In this document: piece after piece, positions 56,594 to 63,182 of the stretch
How the letters are laid out: each line of letters begins with the position of its first letter
Position numbering within the stretch: position 1 is the stretch's first letter
IMG/VR virus record: IMGVR_UViG_3300029305_003320
Span: 19,869-83,868 of that record
DNA from: a virus
Taxonomy: Duplodnaviria; Caudoviricetes
Reading direction: 5' to 3' (one strand)
DNA length: 64,000 bases
Made by a program: the position numbers and the translations under genes
The notes under the pieces: model-generated
What the model saw: the letters and a program-made list of their open reading frames with translations, nothing else
Told to the model about the DNA's origin: nothing
The model's database searches: none

Positions 56594-56670
56594 TGGTGGA
56601 CGATGAGAGATTTGAACTCCCGACTTAGTGCGTGTAAAGCACTCACTCTGACCAACTGAGTTAATCGTCC
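56594..56670 (-). tRNA. tRNA-Val (UAC)
   Basis: AGTGC-TT TAC AC-GCACT; encoded CCA. Confidence 0.95.
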
Positions 56671-56674
56671 TTTT

Positions 56675-56748
56675 TGGTTGTCCTGCCCGGATTCGAACCA
56701 GAACTAAGAGAATCAAAGTCTCCTGTGCTGCCAATACACTACAGGACA
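56675..56748 (-). tRNA. tRNA-Gln (UUG)
   Basis: GGAGA-CT TTG AT-TCTCT; U1-A72; encoded CCA. Confidence 0.92.
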
Positions 56749-56762
56749 ACTACTACAGCACA

Positions 56763-57356
56763 TTACTTGTAAACCGGGAACGACGAGACGTGGATAGCTC
56801 CGACATCAAACACGTCTCTAATGAGATCTTCGACTAGAGTTGTCTGCAGTCCCTTAATATTGGCTAGTGAATCTGCCTGATACGTCAGACCTATGCCAGG
56901 AAATTCTGCGAAATCCCAAATGGTGTCATACTGATCGACAACCCTGTCAAACTTGGGCTCGAACCTGCTGTGTGCAAATAGCAACTTAAACAGGCGAATA
57001 AATTCGTCGTGACTGATCTTGTACGAAGGCTTATCTACCTCCTCCATCTTACCATGATAGGTAGATATAAGCTTGACGTTGAGCTTGAGTCCGCCAAACG
57101 AATGTTTCCTCTTAAGGAAGAACTTGTATGCCTCGACCAGATCCGGGTCGCTTACATATACCCAGACCGTTTTCTCATTGAAATCAAACTCAGTGATCAC
57201 CTTCTCGCAGTTAGCGAGTAGTGTCTCGATCTTAGTAGCCATCTCTGTAATCGGATTGGCGAGTGTCGGAAGTATCGAGATAGGCGACGCTTTCAAATCA
57301 TCATCTGTTTTGAATAGCTTGCGAACGTCGGATTTGATCTTACGCGGTTTTGCCAT
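56763..57356 (-). CDS. Hypothetical protein, paralog of 16088-16660, inside the tRNA array
   Basis: Shared motifs listed under 16088-16660; AAGGAGG RBS. Confidence 0.7.
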   Translation of the reverse strand: MAKPRKIKSDVRKLFKTDDDLKASPISILPTLANPITEMATKIETLLANCEKVITEFDFNEKTVWVYVSDPDLVEAYKFFLKRKHSFGGLKLNVKLISTYHGKMEEVDKPSYKISHDEFIRLFKLLFAHSRFEPKFDRVVDQYDTIWDFAEFPGIGLTYQADSLANIKGLQTTLVEDLIRDVFDVGAIHVSSFPVYK

Positions 57357-57389
57357 TTTGGCCTCCTTATTGTTTATGGTTTGTTATAT

Positions 57390-57465
57390 TGGTAGGACTT
57401 GCGGGGATCGAACCCGCGACCCTGTCATTAAAAGTGACATGCTCTACCTACTGAGCTAAAGTCCC
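57390..57465 (-). tRNA. tRNA-Lys (UUU)
   Basis: TGTCA-CT TTT AA-TGACA; encoded CCA. Confidence 0.95.
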
Positions 57466-57476
57466 ACCGAAATTGT

Positions 57477-58196
57477 TTATTTAGCTACAGGTTTCTGCTT
57501 CACATAGATCTTGCAAATGCAAGGAACCCCATAGTCCTTGTTTTTCACAAAATCTTCACAGTGGCATTTCGTACCGTTAGCTTTAGCCTGGCACGGGCAA
57601 TAGCCGCCATTTTTATCAATAGCATCGAGCACTTTATTCACTTGAGCAGTAGTCAATCCCTCATTAAGACGAACAACGTAATCAGTTGCTACAGGAGCTG
57701 GTGTTGGATCTGGTGCAGGTTGCGGCTTCGGTTCTGCCGGTTTACTTGCTAGAATCTTTTTAAGAGCCGCAATCATCTTCTTGGCACCAGCGTCTTTAGT
57801 TTCTTTGCCACGAAGAGTGTCACCATCTACATAAGTGTCCGAAATAATTTTCTTCCCGTCTTTCGACCAAAGAGTGATGCGGAATCCAGGAAACCACTTT
57901 ATTTTGCCTGCATTGAAAATCCAGTTGTATAATGTTTGCCCTTTGTCTTTATCCCCTGAATACTGAAACACAAAATACACATCTGCAGATGTCATCCACG
58001 TGATGAAAGACTTTTGCATCATGCATGCCTCTGTTGCTATACAGCTGCCGCATTTGTCTCCGTTGGACCAGCATGTTATAATAAACTTATACTGCTTCTT
58101 AGCCAGAGCAAGCGCAGACTTATAGTTCTTATTCCATATACCCAATTTGGGTGCAGAACTAGAACGTTTCTTTAGAAAATTAGATGTTGTTCCCAT
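57477..58196 (-). CDS. Thioredoxin-fold protein fused to a ferredoxin:thioredoxin-reductase catalytic-like domain
   Basis: N-domain W...SALALAKK...WSNGDKCGSC (CxxC); Pro-rich linker; C-domain GYCPC...KCHC...PCICKIY. Confidence 0.7.
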   Translation of the reverse strand: MGTTSNFLKKRSSSAPKLGIWNKNYKSALALAKKQYKFIITCWSNGDKCGSCIATEACMMQKSFITWMTSADVYFVFQYSGDKDKGQTLYNWIFNAGKIKWFPGFRITLWSKDGKKIISDTYVDGDTLRGKETKDAGAKKMIAALKKILASKPAEPKPQPAPDPTPAPVATDYVVRLNEGLTTAQVNKVLDAIDKNGGYCPCQAKANGTKCHCEDFVKNKDYGVPCICKIYVKQKPVAK

Positions 58197-58224
58197 GATT
58201 GTTACCTTTTAGTTTACTGGTTGT

Positions 58225-58310
58225 TGGTGCTCCAGATGGGACTCGAACCCATATTCCTTTACAGGAAGCGGATTTTAAGTCCGCTGCGTATGCCATTTCG
58301 CCACTGGAGC
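58225..58310 (-). tRNA. tRNA-Leu (UAA)
   Basis: GCGGA-CT TAA AA-TCCGC; long variable arm; encoded CCA. Confidence 0.95.
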
Positions 58311-58312
58311 AG

Positions 58313-58389
58313 TGGCGGGCCTGGCGGGACTCGAACCCACTACCCGCTGCTTAGAAGGCAGCTGCTCTGTCCAGATGAGCTACAGGCCC
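58313..58389 (-). tRNA. tRNA-Arg (UCU)
   Basis: GCTGC-CT TCT AA-GCAGC; encoded CCA. Confidence 0.95.
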
Positions 58390-58391
58390 AT

Positions 58392-58466
58392 TGGCACCTC
58401 CAAGGAGAATCGAACTCCTCTAACGAGCATGAAAAGCTCGTGTCCTAGCCGATAGACGATGGAGGC
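58392..58466 (-). tRNA. tRNA-Glu (UUC)
   Basis: CGAGC-TT TTC AT-GCTCG; encoded CCA. Confidence 0.92.
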
Positions 58467-58469
58467 CCG

Positions 58470-58905
58470 GGATAACCAGATTAACGTACTGGATTTTATC
58501 GATTGCTCATCTACCCGATGTATGAAAGCGCAGAACATTGCTGCGACGGCGAGCCATCTAAGTAGAATTCGTCGATAACGTGCGTTAGGAGGGGTTGCAA
58601 ACCTGTCTCGTCGTATTAGAACGCACCAGTCCGGCGCGAGGATTTAGAACTTTAGTTGAAAGGATTGGTTCACTCATCCGACTGAGCCCATCTATCTGGG
58701 TCCGAAGGACTTCCTCCAGTTATTCCGAATTCAGATTATCTCATACGGGGCGGAATCACATACTTACCTTTCGCTCGTCACTACTAGACTAAGTACGATA
58801 TTGCCGTTTAAGCATAAGCGGAACTAAAGGGCATTGCAGTCCGTGCCCTGTAGCGGGCTCATCATTCCACTTACATCCGTCTGACTTTAAACCCTCATCT
58901 GAGTG
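58470..58905 (-). ncRNA. Candidate large structured non-coding RNA (one or two domains)
   Basis: No credible ORF. A 12-bp long-range stem UUGGUUCACUCA/UGAGUGAACCAA encloses GAGCCC/GGGCUC and AGGGCA/UGCCCU stems. A second domain has GUGCGUU/AACGCAC and UUAUCGA/UCGAUAA stems. Confidence 0.5.
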
Positions 58906-58926
58906 AACCAAATTGTTGAAGCTGTA

Positions 58927-58950
58927 TGGAGCACTAGACGGGACTCGAAC
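58927..58950 (-). pseudogene. 3' stub of split tRNA B (T-loop, T-stem 3' strand, acceptor 3' strand, CCA)
   Basis: GTTCGAGT CCCGT CTAGTGC T CCA; pairs 7/7 with the 5' stub at 59679-59685. Confidence 0.85.
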
Positions 58951-59659
58951 AAAGATTGTACTTGCGAATCCATCTTCTAACAGATGTGCTAGTTACATTG
59001 TAACGTCTATCAATAGCCGCCAATGAATTATCTCTTTTTAGTACTTCCTCTAATTCTTCTTTAGAAGGAGATTTTTCTTTAAGCTTCTGTCTAATGCAAG
59101 CACTGCATAAATTTCCTTTCGCCTTTTGATACATAGATCTCCCACATGAAGAACAGTGTCTTGTTTCAACTACATCATTTATGTGGGAATATGGAGAAGG
59201 GTCTCCTTTTCTAATAAAAGCGTGTAATTTTGAATGCTGAGATTGTGTTAATACCATTAAGTTTTCAGGAGAATTATTTTGTTTATTTCCGTCTATGTGG
59301 TGTACAACCTCATCTTTAGTTAAGGGTCTGCCAATTATCTTAGATGCTATAAGCCTGTGTTTATACACATATCCAGGGTGTCCAGATTTAGAACTATTTG
59401 GATGGTCTGGGTTGTATACAAAAGAGTAATTTCCGTTACTATACTCGGTGTTATGAGCAATCATTCTTTCAGGTTTTACGCATCCGCATGAGTTAGATTG
59501 ACCTCTTAATAAAACCTGTTCAGCTATAACGGATTCCGTCTGGTTTGAGCAGTCACATTTGCATCTAACAGCTTTAACTTTTTTATTACTTGCCCCGTAG
59601 AATTTGAATAGCCCAATTTCTACAACAGTCCAGTGACCGAATTTGTCGCCTATTTGCAT
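58934..59659 (-). CDS. HNH homing endonuclease (HNH_3 type with N-terminal Zn module and C-terminal HTH-like region)
   Basis: GDKFGHWTV...CKCDC...SCGC; YKHRLIA...VHHIDGNKQNNSPENL...HSKLH; likely start MQIGDK (59659). Confidence 0.9.
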   Translation of the reverse strand: MQIGDKFGHWTVVEIGLFKFYGASNKKVKAVRCKCDCSNQTESVIAEQVLLRGQSNSCGCVKPERMIAHNTEYSNGNYSFVYNPDHPNSSKSGHPGYVYKHRLIASKIIGRPLTKDEVVHHIDGNKQNNSPENLMVLTQSQHSKLHAFIRKGDPSPYSHINDVVETRHCSSCGRSMYQKAKGNLCSACIRQKLKEKSPSKEELEEVLKRDNSLAAIDRRYNVTSTSVRRWIRKYNLCSSPV

Positions 59660-59666
59660 ATATTCC

Positions 59667-59685
59667 CCAACTGAGTTACTAGTGC
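59667..59685 (-). pseudogene. 5' stub of split tRNA B (acceptor 5' strand, D-stem 5' strand, part of D-loop)
   Basis: GCACTAG TA ACTC AGTTGG, starting 3 nt after the CCA of stub A. Confidence 0.85.
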
Positions 59686-59688
59686 TTC

Positions 59689-59708
59689 TGGAGCCGGCGG
59701 AGGGACTC
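59689..59708 (-). pseudogene. 3' stub of split tRNA A (probably Thr)
   Basis: GAGT CCCTC CGCCGGC T CCA; pairs with GCCGGTG at 60567-60573 (6 Watson-Crick pairs plus 1 G-U). Confidence 0.8.
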
Positions 59709-59710
59709 AC

Positions 59711-60433
59711 TCACTTAAAGTACTTCTCTCTCCATCGACGTGTACTTGTACGATTACCTTTTCTCTTGAATGTATCTGTCTGAGCATCACAATTGCAACA
59801 AAGCAATCGCAAGTTATCGATCGAATGATTTGATGAATCTCCATCGATGTGGTCAACCACAAGTGGTACTGGTTGCCCATTCCAAGTTGATATTCCACAT
59901 TTGGAACATTTGTGACCAACAGTTTCTTCAAGATATTTCCTAACGACTTTTCGTCTTGTATCGTTTGTCGTTATGCAGTGAGGATATTCACCAGTAGATT
60001 CAATTGTAGCTTTTATTTGGTCCCATTTTGACGTGTTCGATATTGCTTGCGGCAAGGGTTTCTCGCTCTTGTGTTTTGAATCATACTCTTCTCTACACAT
60101 CGGAGAACAAAACGGATCATTCAGACTTGTCCTCAATTTCCCACAGTTCGCACAGGTGAATTTGTGTCCGTCTCCACCAAGTGCAATTGAACGATTGTAT
60201 CGTTGTTCAATGGTGACCTCTCTACCAGTGTTACTTACTGTTGCCGAGCACGAGTGACTACAAAATCGGTTAGACCGATGCTCGTAATCTATCGGTTGGC
60301 CACAACGTTCACACAATTTAGGGTTTTCGTTGTACTTTCTAATATTTTCAGCCTTCTGTGAAGCCGCACGCTCACGTGTTTTAGTAACACCAAGCAAACC
60401 GGCTTCTCTATGACTCATTCCGTTTCTTATCAT
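59711..60433 (-). CDS. HNH endonuclease (McrA-like, with several Cys4 Zn motifs)
   Basis: CERCG, FCSHSC, CANCG, FCSPMC, CSKCG...VDHIDGDSSNHSIDNLRLLCCNCD. Confidence 0.9.
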   Translation of the reverse strand: MIRNGMSHREAGLLGVTKTRERAASQKAENIRKYNENPKLCERCGQPIDYEHRSNRFCSHSCSATVSNTGREVTIEQRYNRSIALGGDGHKFTCANCGKLRTSLNDPFCSPMCREEYDSKHKSEKPLPQAISNTSKWDQIKATIESTGEYPHCITTNDTRRKVVRKYLEETVGHKCSKCGISTWNGQPVPLVVDHIDGDSSNHSIDNLRLLCCNCDAQTDTFKRKGNRTSTRRWREKYFK

Positions 60434-60476
60434 TGCAATTACTCCAATCAGCTATCGTTCCGACTTGAACATACAA

Positions 60477-60551
60477 TGGAGCCACGTGAGGGAATCGAAC
60501 CCCCTTCCAGACATTACAAATGTCTACGTGAACCAATCACGCTAACGTGGC
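60477..60551 (-). tRNA. tRNA-Thr (UGU), nested inside the footprint of split tRNA A
   Basis: AGACA-TT TGT AA-TGTCT; GCCACGT/ACGTGGC acceptor; U73; encoded CCA. Confidence 0.9.
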
Positions 60552-60559
60552 AAACAGAA

Positions 60560-60573
60560 TGAGCTACACCGGC
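60560..60573 (-). pseudogene. 5' stub of split tRNA A
   Basis: GCCGGTG TA GCTC A, starting 1 nt after the CCA of tRNA(CAU). Confidence 0.75.
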
Positions 60574-60574
60574 T

Positions 60575-60651
60575 TGGTGGACCCAGCAGGACTTGAACCT
60601 GCGACCCAGTGATTATGAGTCACTCGCTCTGACCGACTGAGCTATGGGTCC
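60575..60651 (-). tRNA. tRNA with CAU anticodon (probably Ile2/lysidine type, elongator Met not excluded)
   Basis: AGTGA-CT CAT AA-TCACT; GGACCCA acceptor; paired G1-C72, so not an initiator. Confidence 0.85.
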
Positions 60652-60655
60652 GTTG

Positions 60656-60742
60656 TGGCGGAGAGTGAGAGATTCGAACTCCCAGTTCCTTTCGGAACGG
60701 CGGTTTAGTAAACCGCTGCATTCACCATTCTGCCAACTCTCC
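60656..60742 (-). tRNA. tRNA-Ser with ACU anticodon
   Basis: GCGGT-TT ACT AA-ACCGC; long variable arm GTTCC GAAA GGAAC; G73; GGAGAGT acceptor; encoded CCA. Confidence 0.9.
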
Positions 60743-60750
60743 GTCTAAAT

Positions 60751-61263
60751 TTACTCTTTAGTTGCAGGTATACCAAATGCTTTATTGAACTCTACCTTAG
60801 GTCCTCGACCTGCTTCCAATAGATAAGGTACAATACCGCATTCTGTTGGGATGTAGACAAACTTTGCATTGTCTGTATTGAAAGTTCTTACTGCAAGATA
60901 CTTGATATACGTATCCGTTAGTTTGCCGTTTTCGATTTCGATGGCTTTAGCTGCACCTTTGGCTCTCTCAACTTCTGCTTCAGCATTGAGCTTCTCTGCT
61001 TCAAGATTAGCTTTAGCTTCTTCGATCTTGATCTGACGATTCTGCTCAGCTCTTACAAGTTCAGCCTTTCCTTGTAGCTCAGACTTCCACACGTTATAGA
61101 GAGGTAGCCCCCACATAAGAAGTGGGATGAGCATAATTACTGCTAAGATTAGTATAAATCCGCAACCTATTTGAGATAGCGGGAAGTCTTTCATCGGGTT
61201 GTCCATAATCGATCTCTCCTTACCGAATACCCATGGTGGGTGATTGTCTAAAACAGATGACAT
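60751..61263 (-). CDS. Membrane-anchored SPFH/band-7-like coiled-coil protein
   Basis: TM segment, then LPLYNVW...GKAEL..AE.NRQI.IEEAKA...AEAEVERAKG.A.A...YIPTE. Confidence 0.7.
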   Translation of the reverse strand: MSSVLDNHPPWVFGKERSIMDNPMKDFPLSQIGCGFILILAVIMLIPLLMWGLPLYNVWKSELQGKAELVRAEQNRQIKIEEAKANLEAEKLNAEAEVERAKGAAKAIEIENGKLTDTYIKYLAVRTFNTDNAKFVYIPTECGIVPYLLEAGRGPKVEFNKAFGIPATKE

Positions 61264-61288
61264 TGTGTCACCTCCTTGAAAGTGTTAA

Positions 61289-61388
61289 AAGGACTGGCAG
61301 AGTCGAACTGCCTTCTCCTCCTAGCCTAGCCTACCTCCATAGGCACGATGGGTCACTAAGAGTCGCATTACCGTTATGCTAAGTCCAA
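61289..61388 (-). ncRNA. tRNA-like RNA with expanded non-canonical anticodon arm and no encoded CCA
   Basis: GGACT/AGTCC acceptor core; D-arm GCAT-AACGGTA-ATGC; T-arm GGCAG-TTCGACT-CTGCC; central ~50-nt branched arm. Confidence 0.6.
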
Positions 61389-61569
61389 TTGACCGCGCAG
61401 AGGCAGAGCCTCCGTTTAACCAGGTCAGCGGCCCCATGTTGGGGAGTCAGGATGGATAACGCTTCCGGCGCCATCGGGCTTCATAGAGTGACACCTGGTA
61501 ACATCAAGTGTCTGACACGCATAGTTACGTACCTATACGCATCCTCCGTCCCTCTGGAAGATTATCAAA

Positions 61570-62001
61570 TTACCTTTCTTCAGCGTAGCGGTCCGATGCT
61601 AAGTGAACATCGAATGATTTACTTTCACCGCCCCACTTGAACACGAACTCAACATTAACATCATCGCCGTCTCTGACGATCATCTTGGAATCAGACTTCA
61701 TCTTCTTCAGGAAATCTTCAGGACAAAGGTTAACATACTCTTCATATGTGGACCTGTTCTTGCATCTAATGACATAATCTTCAATGCGAATGCCCATGTA
61801 GCGGAAATCAACGCCAACCCAGTAAACAGCACCAGGTCCTTCGTCGAATCCGTGTACGTTAGCCCAGTGAAGATGACCATCGGGCCAGAGCTTAGTTTCA
61901 TCGTGAATGTGATTTATCCAATGTATCTGTTCTGTAGAACCTAACAACGGATGCCTTAGTCTACGAAACAGTTTGCTGAAAATAACTTTAATTAGTTTCA
62001 T
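61570..62001 (-). CDS. Hypothetical protein
   Basis: 143 aa; GAGGA RBS. Confidence 0.6.
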   Translation of the reverse strand: MKLIKVIFSKLFRRLRHPLLGSTEQIHWINHIHDETKLWPDGHLHWANVHGFDEGPGAVYWVGVDFRYMGIRIEDYVIRCKNRSTYEEYVNLCPEDFLKKMKSDSKMIVRDGDDVNVEFVFKWGGESKSFDVHLASDRYAEER

Positions 62002-62223
62002 GGCATTCCTCGTTTTGTTGACAAAGTAAAAGGATAACCGGACTAACGTGCCGGATTTTCATGATTTCTCATCTGGCCGTACATGAGCTACTACACGCGG
62101 CAAAGAAGAACACGTGTAGCCATGTGGATACTAACCAGAATTCGTCATGAACGCAGCATGCGAAAGGAAGAGCTGACCTGACCACATGGCAGTACCATGT
62201 GTAGCGGAAGGACTCTTTTCCCG

Positions 62224-62590
62224 CTACACACCCCGAGACAATTGTTGTTGAATGATCTGATGCATTTCTTCATAGTCAGGAAGTCCAAGATATTTACTAC
62301 ACACAGGAACTGCATTGCTCTTGGTGTAAATATACTGGAACATGAAATCCTGGACAGTATCTGACATGAAACGCATAGCATCGATACGAGCATCCTTAGT
62401 TAGGCTCTCGTCATTATACTTGACAAGTCCCTCTGCTACCTCTGGTATAGCATCGATCTGATCTGTAGTAACAGACACTGGTTTCTTGAGCATTCTTCCG
62501 CCAGGAGATGGTCGTATATACAGAATAGTTGCAATCTTCGTCTCTCTGGTACAATTCTGCATCATCATTTCGTGAGGGTATTCTGCTTTG
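62224..62590 (-). CDS. Family-B DNA polymerase subunit (phiKZ gp82-like), exon 2
   Basis: Predicted splicing restores motif A: DID-V/KAEYPHEMMMQNCTRETK. Confidence 0.8.
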
Positions 62591-63182
62591 CTTTTCTCTC
62601 TAATACTCGTTTCCGTTTAGATTCAATGCTAGCATCTCTTGCTTTTCTTAGGCTGTTTGTTATCGCTCCGGACTCAAATGCGTATTTCATGTTTTCAGAT
62701 CTAGTGACCCACCTTAGATTCTCAACACAGTTGTTTGATTTATCTCCATCTATGTGATCTATCTCTGGCAAGTTATTAGGGTTCGGTATAAACGCATCAG
62801 CTACAACTCTGTGAAGTAGATACGACTTACCTTCAACACTAACGTACTTGTATCTCTTAACATCCATTTTCGCTAGAATCTCACCAGTCTCTACATTTCT
62901 AGCCACCCCATCAGGACTAACTAAAACTTTGCCTTGTAGCGCAGTTGAGTATCCGGCTTTATCTAGCTTAGGTTTAAGAAAAGCTTTAAATGCTAGCACT
63001 TTAGTGCTTCGTCTAGAATAAGACCCGTCTGATTGCATTAATAATGTGCATCCAGTTTTGTCTATTCTTTTAAAAGCACCTCCTCTTTTTCGAGAACGGT
63101 TCGACCACACTCTTCCGTCTGGATAAATAAAATACCCAGGAGCATAGCCGAATTTATCTAATGGAATTGATTCATCTGTCAT
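62565..63182 (-). CDS. Intron-encoded NUMOD4/HNH homing endonuclease (I-HmuI-like)
   Basis: GYFIYPDGRVWS; YLLHRVVADAFIPNPNNLPEIDHIDGDKSNNCVENLRWVTRSEN; AAGGAG RBS; stop codon lies in exon 2. Confidence 0.92.
   Translation of the reverse strand: MTDESIPLDKFGYAPGYFIYPDGRVWSNRSRKRGGAFKRIDKTGCTLLMQSDGSYSRRSTKVLAFKAFLKPKLDKAGYSTALQGKVLVSPDGVARNVETGEILAKMDVKRYKYVSVEGKSYLLHRVVADAFIPNPNNLPEIDHIDGDKSNNCVENLRWVTRSENMKYAFESGAITNSLRKARDASIESKRKRVLERKAKQNTLTK

Noticed and set aside
58665-58902. RNase P RNA (contains GAGGAAGUCC, AGAUAGAUG and a long closing stem)
   Set aside because: The RNase P-like words are in the wrong order and spacing (the CR-I-like word lies immediately before the CR-IV-like word) and there is no CR-V ACAxAAxxxGGCUUA before the closing stem. 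Kept only as an unclassified ncRNA.
59760-59830. Inactive HNH because CCNCD has Asp where His is usual
   Set aside because: Asp can still ligate metal and the other HNH residues are intact; inactivity cannot be concluded from sequence
58927-60573. Self-splicing introns in the two split tRNAs
   Set aside because: No group I/II core or bulge-helix-bulge, and the anticodon arms are missing altogether, so splicing could not restore a tRNA
58470-61560. tmRNA, group II intron, hammerhead or theta (HDV-like) ribozyme near the tRNAs
   Set aside because: No GGGG...UCCACCA tmRNA ends with a tag ORF, no domain V, no CUGANGA/GAAA core, and the sequences directly after tRNA CCA ends are short AT-rich spacers
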